Shown here: positions 40,401 through 50,400 of the stretch, piece by piece
How the letters are laid out: the number at the start of each line of letters is the position of its first letter
Position numbering within the stretch: the first letter of the stretch is position 1
DNA from: Phoronis australis
Lineage: Eukaryota > Animalia > Phoronida
DNA: 64,000 nucleotides
Assembly (NCBI GenBank): GCA_002633005.1
Contig: NMRA01000016.1
Location: 734,628-798,627, forward strand
Reading direction: 5' to 3'
The notes under the pieces: generated by a model
Databases searched by the model: none
The model's input: only the letters and a program-made list of their open reading frames with translations
Told to the model about the DNA's origin: nothing
Program-made: the position numbers and the translations under genes

Positions 40401-43120
40401 ATAAATAGGTGGTAGAAATAAACCAACAGATTTTATTGGATGATGTCACCACATCACCACCACAATGCTGTCTTAGGTGTAGAAGACAATTTTAGAAATC
40501 TTTTTGCATTCTTTAATTTACTGAGGATACAACATATTCGTCCTCAGGGAAAGGGTGACCCTTGGAGTTCTGGAAATGAGGGAGCAAGGAAACCTGACAG
40601 AAATGCAAGACTACTGGTGGAAAGGAGACGATATTTGTAAGGATGACCATAAGGTAACTAGATGAATAGTAAAGGCGTTCACTAAGAAAGCCGTCCCGGA
40701 TTACAAGGCGATAGAACTCTCCTTTGCCCTGAGGATAAGAAAGCGCGTGGCCTCGTTTCAGAAATCAGGCACATTTTGTATCTCTCATTGATATCGGGAA
40801 GGCGAAGAGATTCAAATCAGGCATCCATGAGTATTTGTCCAGTGAATCAAACTATCTCACGTTGGAGTTGCACCAACCCACAGTTCACCAGTACTACTTC
40901 TTTGGGAATGGGAGGACGAATAGAGTATTGCAACCGAGAAAAATTTGAACAAAATCAGACAACAACAAACAACATGCGAAACTCTAGTGGCATGAAAACG
41001 ACACAGCAAATGTGCCTGGCGGATGTTTACAGCACTGTGGGGGAAATATAGCGAGGTTTGAATGTTCCTGTGTAATCTGGGAAGGTCCTATTGGTAACGA
41101 AAAAACGCCTATGTCTGTGAGGAGCATGGCGATGACTTATTGGTAAGCCTTACCAATAAGTCATCGCTATAAGTAAGCAAACAAGAGCAGCACAGTAATA
41201 GTAACACAGTATAGTGAATCTTTGAGACAGCAAACTTCAGTGGAGGACACACAGGTATTACAAGTTGCCAACCGAAGTATTTAGGGGAAGTGGTAAATTT
41301 AAGGTAAGCAACAGAAAAGTATTGCATAAGTAAGAGTAAAAAGTACGACACTGATGACACTCAGAGTACTTTGAAAGCATGCGCACAATTCTTCAAGTAA
41401 CGCATTGTGAAAGTGCTAATTTACGTCAAGAAATATGGATTTCGTGTTCATACTTTCAGGAAGTAAAAAGCTTGGCTCTGAGTCTTCCGAAGATTGCCGG
41501 CATTTTTTACATCTTAATTGGAGGCTTAGGGATAGCGCTAACCACCGCTGCTCTGGAAATTATGTTCTACAGAAAGCTTGAGGCTGTTCGCACGGTAAGG
41601 TCAGAGGTTACCATCGTTCAAGGATCAAATTAGGCTATGGTGGGAATATTATCTCACAGGGATGTTTTGTCTTGGAAGGCAATTTGTTGCTATCAAACTT
41701 TCAAACAAGCTACACCCGTGTCGCCACCTGTCTCATTGATGCATAACCACTGTAAAGTGGATGATATGCCATCAATGATTAAAAAATCACGAGGTAAACC
41801 GTCGTTAGTATCAGTAAACAACACAACAAGCCAATAACAATATAATTTAATTAGAGAGATCACCACACATGTTGCACAGGGTCAGAAATGTGCGGTTGTA
41901 CATAATTGAATTCGACGAGCTGTACACTAACAATACGCCTAGTCGACGGCATACATGACAGGAAGTCGACCAATTGCTCTGCAACCTCTGATTTCAGTCA
42001 TCGGAGACGGACGGCAAAAGTGACAATGTCGTGGCAGCAAACAGACTGGACGCGTGCAGAAGACGACTGCCTTCGTCGTCAGTGCCGGCAAGTGATCTTG
42101 CTTAACTTCTTTAGAACAGATTAATAATGCTTCGACTAATCTTAAACGCGAAGAACAGACATTATTTCAAATTTGATTCTAGCTGCAATAAGTTCCTGAA
42201 TTCTGTTAAGGGTTCAATTTCAGAAATGATTTGATTTCAAAGCAGTTTTCTTCATAGTCATTCGACATGGTTAAAAATCACCAAACCCTGAACGGGAACT
42301 TGTACGCTAATTCCTTATCTCTGTTATTGCTTGGTCAAATTAGTAAGAAACGCAAAATATAGCGACGACGTGGATATGACGTACGTTGAAAATTGCCAAA
42401 TGTTTTAAAAGCGAAATTTGTGTTGAAAACGATACGCCGTAAATTATTCCGCCTACAATGTCGAAATGGTTATCACACTTAATGGGGTAATAAACTAACG
42501 CCCTCTATCCAAAAGGTAACGTTGGATTTGGGCCACTCACGGTCATAACATTCGATGATTCCGTTTATTCAATATATACCATTCTGAAGGCAAAAGTTCA
42601 CATTACTCAGTCAGCCAAACTTGCTCTGGGAATGGTTTATAGTGAATAAATCGAAATGTCGGATCAACATGTCTTTGTTTACTTACCGCGCTAATTTTAA
42701 AGTTCGTGCTCATGCTTTGGCCCAAAACAAATGTGATTATTCGTCTCGTGTTGTTCATTATTCAAATTATAGGCTTGAGAAGTGACACTGCATTAATATT
42801 TCGGACAAGGTCCACGAGGTTTGCTTGTCACGATGGATGGCGCTTCGATCGCTGCATACGTGACCAGTATGGCGAACAGAGGAGTTCTACGCGCTTTATT
42901 TGTTACCAATCTCAGTTTAAGCAAAGGTTAAGAACACGATGACGTTGCTTTGAAAAAGCAAACACGCTTGTGAAAAAAAATCATATTGACACCATAACAT
43001 GGTTAAAACGTCTTTAACTTTACCGCGATTCTCTTGCAGTATTCCTACGCAATGCCAACAGGGCAGTTGATCGGATTTGAACCATACATCGTTGCTGAGC
43101 CTGGTCAAACACAAGTATGA
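28282..43120 (+). CDS. GRIA: Ionotropic glutamate receptor, AMPA-type (GluA-like); 16 coding exons found, signal-peptide exon missing
   Basis: Phase-consistent exons: 28282-28422, 28775-29023, 29542-29750, 30738-30941, 31783-31944, 35218-35349, 35744-35899, 37262-37474, 37673-37834, 38204-38397 (or the duplicate 38722-38915), 39231-39429, 39965-40209, 40548-40653, 41460-41594, 41998-42087, 43040-43120. Hallmarks: [70 protein letters not shown]. Confidence 0.95.
28775..29023 (+). CDS. GRIA: GluA-like ATD exon ([14 protein letters not shown]...MYDSFAG)
   Basis: ttttccag| and G|gtaaat; corresponds to FCSQ..GV.AIFG and Y.YDS. Confidence 0.9.
29542..29750 (+). CDS. GRIA: GluA-like ATD exon (GLHRVQQLY...RRLLVDM)
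   Basis: ctccag| and CTG|gtaagt. Confidence 0.85.
30246..30287 (-). ncRNA. Minimal type I hammerhead ribozyme motif
   Basis: Minus strand: tac CTGACGA t ggccgg agaataga ccgacc GAAAC GTC gtg; loop-less palindromic helix III (ACGU). The plus-arm copy (30498-30533) has a perfect stem II (ggtcgg/ccgacc) but TTC in place of GTC. Confidence 0.6.
30349..30431 (+). pseudogene. tRNA-derived head (Leu/Ser-like, long variable region), not a functional tRNA
   Basis: A box TGGTGTAGTGG near 30357, B box GGTTCAAATCC at 30410-30420; acceptor and anticodon stems pair poorly. Confidence 0.75.
30738..30941 (+). CDS. GRIA: GluA-like ATD exon (...NLTGMRIVN...)
   Basis: ttcttgcag|; donor TCG|gttggt chosen to keep phase 0. 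Confidence 0.8.
31783..31944 (+). CDS. GRIA: GluA-like ATD exon ([10 protein letters not shown]...WQYG)
   Basis: tttttcag| and AAG|gtacta. Confidence 0.85.
32522..34834 (+). mobile_element. 5'-truncated Penelope-like element (RT + GIY-YIG, Poseidon-like) with inverted 3' copy at its 5' end
   Basis: [43 protein letters not shown] at 33801-33812, C..C.KVYIG.TKQ.LKSR and [18 protein letters not shown]. 32522-33267 is the reverse complement of ~34088-34797. Flanks gcaaccataaagtat and gcaaccttaaagtat (14/15 TSD). Stops and frameshifts present. Confidence 0.95.
32561..32602 (-). ncRNA. Decayed Penelope pLTR hammerhead ribozyme
   Basis: tggc CTGtCGA a gtcctc gaaag gaggac GcAAC GTA gcca: stems I and II intact, two core substitutions; deleted in the sense copy near 34740. 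Confidence 0.6.
35218..35349 (+). CDS. GRIA: GluA-like ATD exon ([14 protein letters not shown])
   Basis: atttcag| and ATA|gtaagt; GL.G.i.FD..G.R motif. Confidence 0.9.
35744..35899 (+). CDS. GRIA: GluA-like ATD-LBD linker exon (VAKW...[13 protein letters not shown])
   Basis: ttcaag| and ATA|gtaag; open 52 codons; below the ORF-track cutoff. Confidence 0.8.
37262..37474 (+). CDS. GRIA: GluA-like S1 exon (GEPYM...[11 protein letters not shown])
   Basis: ttttcag| and GGG|gtaggc. Confidence 0.95.
37673..37834 (+). CDS. GRIA: GluA-like S1/pre-M1 exon
   Basis: tcaaag| and GAA|gtaagt; [29 protein letters not shown]. Confidence 0.95.
38204..38397 (+). CDS. GRIA: GluA-like M1-M2 (pore, Q/R site) exon, copy 1
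   Basis: ctgcag| and AA|gtaag; [23 protein letters not shown]...FMQQGC. Confidence 0.9.
38722..38915 (+). CDS. GRIA: GluA-like M1-M2 exon, copy 2 (probable allelic/assembly duplicate)
   Basis: Same translation as copy 1, inside a 518/517-bp repeat joined by a single N at 38464. Confidence 0.5.
39231..39429 (+). CDS. GRIA: GluA-like M3/S2 exon (SYTANLAAF)
   Basis: ctttcag| and AGA|gtaagt. Confidence 0.95.
39965..40209 (+). CDS. GRIA: GluA-like S2 exon ([13 protein letters not shown]...PCDTM)
   Basis: gtttcag| and AA|gtaagg. Confidence 0.95.
40548..40653 (+). CDS. GRIA: GluA-like exon equivalent to vertebrate flip/flop ([14 protein letters not shown]...YWWKGDDIC)
   Basis: tcctcag| and AAG|gtaac; phase 2-0. 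Confidence 0.9.
41460..41594 (+). CDS. GRIA: GluA-like M4 exon
   Basis: ctttcag| and ACG|gtaagg; [19 protein letters not shown]. Confidence 0.95.
41998..42087 (+). CDS. GRIA: GluA-like cytoplasmic-tail exon with a GC donor
   Basis: atttcag|TCA, open frame, CCG|gcaagt; read-through stops at 42105. Confidence 0.55.
43040..43120 (+). CDS. GRIA: GluA-like terminal exon [26 protein letters not shown] (class I PDZ ligand)
   Basis: ttctcttgcag| acceptor, phase 0; resembles molluscan GluR tails as recalled (Y.Y....IGF.....T.V); AATAAA at 43494 and 44030. Confidence 0.7.
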   Translation, partial: YSYAMPTGQLIGFEPYIVAEPGQTQV

Positions 43121-44429
43121 CGTATTCCGTGTCCAAACGCAAATTTTGATTGGATCGCCGGATTTATGGAAGAGCCAGCGACCACATGAAGCTGTATGCA
43201 GGACGTTTGTGATGACAGTGATGCGCTTGAAACCCCGTGCAGTGTTATCTTTGAAGTCATTTTTTGGGATGGAAAACTATTGCATGATTTCCACGACGAG
43301 TTAGCGTTCCCAAGGGAAATCGTCGATTTCTTCAGGGAGAAGATTTATCACCGCCAACTTGATTAGTTTAAATTAGAAGTTAGCGACTTCGGCCTGACCC
43401 AGCTAGAATTGTGTGGGTTCTGACGACACCGTTGCATAGGCGGACCCAGGGAAGGGTCTCAAGGGACAGGATCCCTATGTAACCAAAGCGCCTAATAAAA
43501 ACCACGGGAAAATGGAAGATTTCTGTTTTTTATTTCTATAGACCGCTGGGTGCAGTAATCAGTACACTAGTTTTTATTATGATGGGGGGTTTTACTGATT
43601 GATACTGACACAGAATACTCGTCAGAGATCTACAATTGCAGTCATTCAAATTAGACCTTCCCCTTCGTAAAATGTTCGCCTTCGCACTATTAGGCCAACG
43701 ATTGTACTACCAACGACAAAACCAGGAATAATTTGCGTACTCATCATATAGAATAGATTATGTTCTGTTCTTAATATGGAGACGTTTTTCCTCACTCAAT
43801 GTCGATAAACAATTCCTGTCGACATTAACGAATTCCACATAATAATCTTTCTGTTTTAATTTAGTAAGTCCCAATTCGTAAAATTTAGTATCAGAGAAAC
43901 TTACATGACAGCAGTTTGAGAAACATCAGCTGCAGGGGCAAAAAGGCGAAGAACAGATTGGTAGAATTTTTTGTAATAATGATGATTTTGATCCTTTTGA
44001 CAATTTATACGAAACAGTTTGTTTTAAACAATAAAAAATGAAAACTAACCAAGTGTTATCAATTAATATTTCATTTCGTTTGAACGTATCCACCAATATT
44101 TTTGACAGTCTTGATACCTCACTCCTTTGTAATTAACCTTCCAGGGAACAACATGTATTTCAAATGTACATACACATACACAAACTTTTTGCATCCATAA
44201 TTTCCGTTCGTTTTACTGAAATGGACTGTTGACAACATTACGTGAGGGGAGGGTTATCATGCATTCAAGTATAAACCAGCAGTTAAATCAACCGTTGAAA
44301 CTTCAACTAGAACCTAACAAGGATTCTAGTTCTGTTGATGCTGGTCATCAGGAACTCAAGTATTATAGTCGAATCTTTTGCAAGTAGTTCTTTTTTAAAT
44401 ATGGGCAGAGTCCCAGAAATCGCTTGAGC

Positions 44430-44605
44430 ATTACATCTAGGTTCTCATTTACTCTCTTGCATACACTGGCCAGTAAGATCGAGTTCAGAGGAGTAGAAGA
44501 CACATTTTTGCAATGCTCGATTGTCAGCCCCTAAAGTCAGGTTTCGAACCCGGGTCCCCACACGGCCAGGAGACCGAGCTCAAACCACTAAGCCACAACG
44601 TCTCC
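44430..44605 (-). mobile_element. tRNA-derived SINE
   Basis: A box TGGCTTAGTGG (44595-44585), B box GGTTCGAAACC (44550-44540), body motif gagtaaatgagaacct resembling invertebrate SINE cores. Confidence 0.65.
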
Positions 44606-46664
44606 TCAAGCAAATAGTTGCCAATCAAGTGAATGGTACTGATCAAGACGAATGCATGTACTACTATAGGCGTCGCCTGTCTATTGAACCTTTAAAGCTG
44701 GGTTTCGCCCTGTTAGGCCGACTAAAAACGGGAATCAAATTAGGCATTTCCATTCATAAATCAGTCTCATAACAGGCTTCGTCTTGACGTGATTTCCATT
44801 ACCAAGAAGTCCATCAAAACCATCGACAACTCGAGAAAACACCGTCAGCACTGGTCAACTCTAAAATTGTAATGCAAAAATGGCAATATATGCATTACTT
44901 GTAACATGAATTGGCAATGAAAATAGAATCCTACCATGGTAAGGAATGTTTTATTAGAGTAAAAGGCCTAATTCGATTGTCATTCTTTAGTCATCTAAAC
45001 GGCTTTAAACAGCAGCTGGAGACCAAGTTCTGTTGGTAGAATAAATAATTTAACTTCCAAGTAAAGCATGGACCTGTGGTTCGACCACTATTCACGCATG
45101 CAATTAGCACATACGAGTTTGATCATCTACCAATGACAAATCCATAACAGACAAAGAAAATCCTTCAACCTATGTTCAAATGGTTAATTTCCTCATACAG
45201 CTAAACATTTCACACAGGTCACAGTACAACTGACTTTAAATACATGTACCTCAGAAAAGTACAACATAAACAACATTAAGTCACATAATTTAAGTTTATT
45301 AAAAAAATTCAATCTCAAAGAGAAAACCCAAGAAACAAGAAGTGTAACACATAAAAGCTTCAGCATTGGCAGTCCACAGTAAAGGTAGTACGACTGAGGA
45401 AAACCAACTACAATTCAGACAAAAAATCAAAACATAACGGTACTCGCCACTGAAAGCCACATGTCCCAGCAAGATAACAGGAAATTAGTTGTGTGGTTAT
45501 GATGAGCACAAACTATACCGTTTTCATTTATTATTTAATCTTTGTTTCTTTAAAAATATCAAATATTACTTTACTAAACAAAACTGGAGGGTCAAACGGA
45601 ATAATGTAGCTGAGCTTAACTGTTACATGTAAGTTTGAGTTGTTACATGTACACAGAAAAGACTTCAAATGAAGAAGAATCAATTATGCCAGGCACATTG
45701 TTGCCGTGCTTGAGTTTTGTAGAAATACAGGCTGGCTACAAATGTATTGCAAATAATGGATCAAAAGCAGTGTGCTGGCCTGCCGGGTCAGTAACCTGAA
45801 TATGAGACCACATCCACATAGAGCCAATACATGAAAGTTTACTTGTCCCGCGGCAAATCCACTAGCCCCGGTCCACTGGCCCCGGTCCACCGCCCCAGTG
45901 TGTATTTCGAATGCTGATCAAAAGTCCTACAAAGCACCAGACGATTCAGCAACTTTCCCAAATACTTGTGTGAAGTTTCATCCATCAGAAATAACAACCT
46001 CTTTCAGGTCAGCTCTCAATGTCTTGTATTTATCTTAAATATTTTTGCTACCGAGGGAAAGGACGAGTACCTGATCAGGGTCCTGGGTACAGATATTCTT
46101 CGTGTTTTAAGAGGTGGACCTTGAAGCACTGCAAGGATTTTTTCCACCTCGACTTCACAAGTTAGTTTCTGTGGTACTAAGAATAGTCCTCTCATTCCTT
46201 CTAATTACAGTTTCCACCATGTGATCAATCTCCTCTCAATTTTCTTGGGTCCTCCCACATAACTCTATAAAACACATGGAGTTTTTCTGAAAAAAAAATT
46301 GATAATAAAAATTGCATATTTGTCACACAATAATAATTGAACATAAAACAACGTTGAGAACATTGCACTATAAGTCGAAGTAAACAAGTACGGATATTTT
46401 AAGGTTTCAAAAATTATCACTTCTTAGAAATTACTTTATTCGTAGAATTTGTCTCGGGTAAGTGGAAGCATTTGTTAATGCCAATGAGGCTGAACTGGAA
46501 CACACACCACGTATAGAAGTTTTAAGTGAATGTTGAATTGTTGATGGCATTTGAGACTGAAATTAAGCGGAATTTACGACAGAAACAGTACTTCAACTGC
46601 ATAAAACCACGTTCTTATAAATCAGAGCATTGACTTCGTACAAGAAGGGATTATAATTATTCTC

Positions 46665-46812
46665 CATGCTGATAGCTCAGTGGATTAGAGCGTCTGTACA
46701 GTTAACAGTGTCATGGGTTCAAGCCCCGGTCAGGGCCGAGATCTTTTCAGATTTAACTAGAGGTCATGTGGTGTGATCTACACATGGCGTGTACGAAGAC
46801 AAATAATTCTTA
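46665..46812 (+). mobile_element. tRNA-derived SINE-like element
   Basis: A box TAGCTCAGTGG (46673-46683), B box GGTTCAAGCC (46716-46725); anticodon arm degenerate. Confidence 0.6.
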
Positions 46813-47380
46813 ATTATTAGTTCTTCATTGCTTTTTGAAGTCCTGATAATCAATGTGATTGCACTCAGCTGACACCTACTGGTTGAAGTTCCTATTGGAA
46901 GTTGAATTCCTGATGACCGGTATGAATGAACTGGACTTTCTATATTTAGCCAGTCCTGTCACTGGCGTTAAGATAAGCTACATCAACTGAATAAGGGTTA
47001 ACACAAATAACAAAAATCGGAAATAATCAGCATAAAAATTGACCTAATTAAAGAATGACATTGATAGCAAACATCAGCAATACACATGCAGATATTATCA
47101 AAGCAATGAAGCTGACATTCTGACATTAAGTCGGGCTTCAATGCAAAAGAACTAGTGTCTGAGTAAAAACAAAAAATCCAGTTTCTGCAAATTATTTATC
47201 GACAAGTTATTCAGTGCAACAGAAATGGTCAAGTTGTAAACACAAGTTGTAAACACAGAAAAAGAACTGTTCTCAACACAGCAAACTGTACTGCACCGTA
47301 CAGAATGTCACTGTTTAAAACATTTGAATCAATTTGTTCCAAAATTTCCATTGCAGTCAGTTAATGTAATATACCTACCA

Positions 47381-47470
47381 CTATAGTACGTCTCCTTGTA
47401 ACTTCGCTTTTCTCATTTCAGCGAGGCGTACTCTCCACTTTTTCATTTTCTCTTCAGGATCCACAAGTCT
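47381..47470 (-). CDS. RSRC1: RSRC1 last coding exon (RLVDPEEKMKKWRVRLAEMRKAKLQGDVL*)
   Basis: gtttacag| acceptor, TAG at 47383-47381. Confidence 0.85.
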   Translation of the reverse strand, partial: RLVDPEEKMKKWRVRLAEMRKAKLQGDVL

Positions 47471-50400
47471 CTGTAAACAGCGAGATTCTCATATATTTCT
47501 CAAACATCCAGGCTTCATGCTATGGCATTTATAAAACAGCGAGATTCTCATATATTTCTCAAGCATCCAGGCTTCATGCTATGGCATTTATAAAACAGTG
47601 ATATTCTCATATATTTCCCAAGCATCCAGGCTTCTTGCTATGGCATTTATAAAACAGCAAGATTCTCATATATTCATCAAGCATCCAGGCTTCATGCTAT
47701 GGCATTTATAAAACAGCGTGATTCTCATATATTTCTCAAGCATCCAGGTTTCATGCTATGGCATTTATAAAACAGCGAGATTCTCATATATTTCTCAAGC
47801 ATCCAGGCTTCATGCTATAGCATTTATAAAACAGCGAGATTCTCATATATTTCTCAAGCACCCACGCTTCATGCTATGGCATTTATAAAAGGAATAAGCA
47901 TGGGTTCTCAGAAATTGGTCATTTTTCATAAAATATGCCTACAAATGCTTTAAATTCCTAGGCATACTATAACTTCAGTTTGAATATGGAAATTGTGCTT
48001 TTAATTTCTACCTGGAACATCACCAAAATGAATGAAATATTTTCATAGTAGGCAACACACACTGAATACTCCGTCTTGCTGTTTGTAGTGATGGGCTACT
48101 GCAGTTGGTATTATAACATTTACTGGAATCAAAGTTGGACACTTTGACTGGTCAATTTTTTTGTTTTTGATTCATGGCACCAATCAGCTTAATATCTGGT
48201 ATGTTGTTTGTATGTAACAAGGAAAGATGGCCTGTGGGTGAATACATGGCCTGAGTGCCCACTAGTGTCACTTTCTAAGCAAAAATCCATGTTGTAGATC
48301 ACGGTTGGCAAAATAATATGAAGCAAGGTCGTATTTTTAGTAAGATGAAAACTTCTTGCATCAGGGTCAAACAATTAACTGGACGGGACAGGTAGTGAAA
48401 ATTTTGTCACTGAAAAAACAATTGGTCAGATACAAAAAATCTCAAACGAGACACATTCCCTCAGTATTGGGAGGACTATCACCAGAGATCTTGTTTCGTT
48501 TTCATCACTCACAGTTCAGTTTTGGTGGATGTATTACACAGAAATAAGTTGGCGATGAACAATGGCGGCCTAAAATGGTTACACGGCATCAGACATCAAA
48601 GGAAGCATTATCCACGGTTCTTGACGTTTTTCATGCCATATGTTTCTCAAAAGAAATTGTGTTCTGATAAAAGCACACTGATGATTTGAGATGGCGGACA
48701 CCACTTAGTCATATTAAAAGTGACTTTAGTGTGAATCTAAAACTGCAATAAATCACATTTGGGGAGACTATCGGAGTCATACAAGCAATTAGTGGACTCT
48801 ACTGCATCTGATGTAAAATTATAGGAATAAACACACAACACTAAAGACCTCCAGTATCTGTCTCAGTCCCATAACACGAACAGAGACAATTTAAGATGTT
48901 TAAAGAAGACACTGCATGTTACTTTAATCACATTTCTTAAGCTCCAACATGCAGTACAAGCCAAAAGTATTCACTGGCAAAATGACCTGTAATTTCCCGT
49001 CATGATGGCTGGCCAGATGATTGATGAATTCATAGTCAGAGTAGTATTTCCTCATGACCATGAATAAAGGGGAATACACAGGAGAGTTAGTAAGCAGGGC
49101 TTGGAATTACCAATGACAAAAAACGCAGAAACTTTTACGGCCCAAACCATGCGCGCTACCCAGCCTTGAAATGGTCGATGTGAACCTTTCCCCGACAAAA
49201 ATCAGGACTAAAAAAAAATAAAAATAAAAAAACGTTACCACCATCAGTAGCATGCATCTGCACCCTTTTAGCTCGTCCGCCCTCTCCCAACCCACATTTT
49301 TGGCTGCAAAGCCGCAGTATTTGTCGCCGCGGTTTACAACAACACGAGACGCCATTGAAAATCCCACCACGCCATCCCAGATGCCCCGGAAATGTTGACA
49401 ATTTACGTTCCTCCGAAACATAAAGACCAACTTCCGCTTTTCGAGGTGAACGTCGTCTGCAACGCCGCGGTAAGAACGGAATTTGACGCGGAAATTTTAT
49501 ATCAAATCCGATTTTTTTTTACGCGGAAATATAATAAAATGCGCGGACAGAACATTTGAAAAAAGCGGAAATCCGCGTTTCCGCGGAAAATTCCAAGCCC
49601 TGAGTAAGGTAACTAAGATATCACTTAATTATAATTTCGCCACCCTGTTATTGACTGTAATTATTGCTGTAAACAGAATTAGCCTTCATGACAGGAAAAC
49701 AGTATTTTGGCTGATAAGTATCGTCTTGAACCATAAACATTGTATCTGAATATTGTCATTTCAGAAATAATGTACAATCAGTGCACTCTTTTAGAAGTTG
49801 ACAAAATCGTCCAAAACAAGGTGACCACCTTTTCTTTACAAGTACAGTGCGCGCCTAAAATAATGAATTCCCCATCAAGACGCCTAAGTGCAAGCGGAAC
49901 ACATCACCAGAGTTTCTGAAATGATGAGGAAATGTTTTTTGTCCACTTTGGCATGCAATGTACTTTTCAGTAGTGATAGAATATGTCACACAGAGACCCT
50001 TGATTTTCCATTTTCAAAAACTGTTGACATAAAATTTTGCTTTTCCAGTTAAATTAGGGCTGTTCCAGTAAAATCTGTATGGGAGGGGGGTAAGGCACCT
50101 TTTTTCGCACCCACCACCCATATTTTTCATTTATTTCTTCAGCCTACCACCCGTAATTTTTTATAAGTTTGAAATGCAACCACCCATAATTTTTTTTTGT
50201 TCTTGTGGTTGACTGCACAGGCGCTTGAGTTTATCTGTTCCTCCATCACCACTAATGTCATTCATTACTAAGAAAACATATGTTTCTTATATATGGTTAT
50301 AAGCCATCGAGAAATTCGAGCACCTGTGGCTAAATGGTGTTATGGGCATGCCGATGAGGTGATCGGAGGGAGTGAAAAAGTCGGAGCTTTTTGCAAGTTG

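Noticed and set aside
41351-41382. CTGATGA...GAAA hammerhead-like words
   Set aside because: No stem II adjacent to the core and no UH cleavage triplet.
46665-46740. Possible genuine tRNA gene (also 44530-44605 and 30349-30431)
   Set aside because: A and B boxes are present, but the cloverleaf stems pair poorly; these read as SINE heads.
46911-46990. Box C (TGATGA) to box D (CTGA) spacing like a snoRNA
   Set aside because: Not in an intron of a same-strand host gene, no terminal stem, and the 5' part is shared with a repeat at 44.3 kb.
47476-47890. Regularly spaced repeats resembling a CRISPR array
   Set aside because: Units are contiguous with no unique spacers, there are no cas genes, and the context is a eukaryotic intron.
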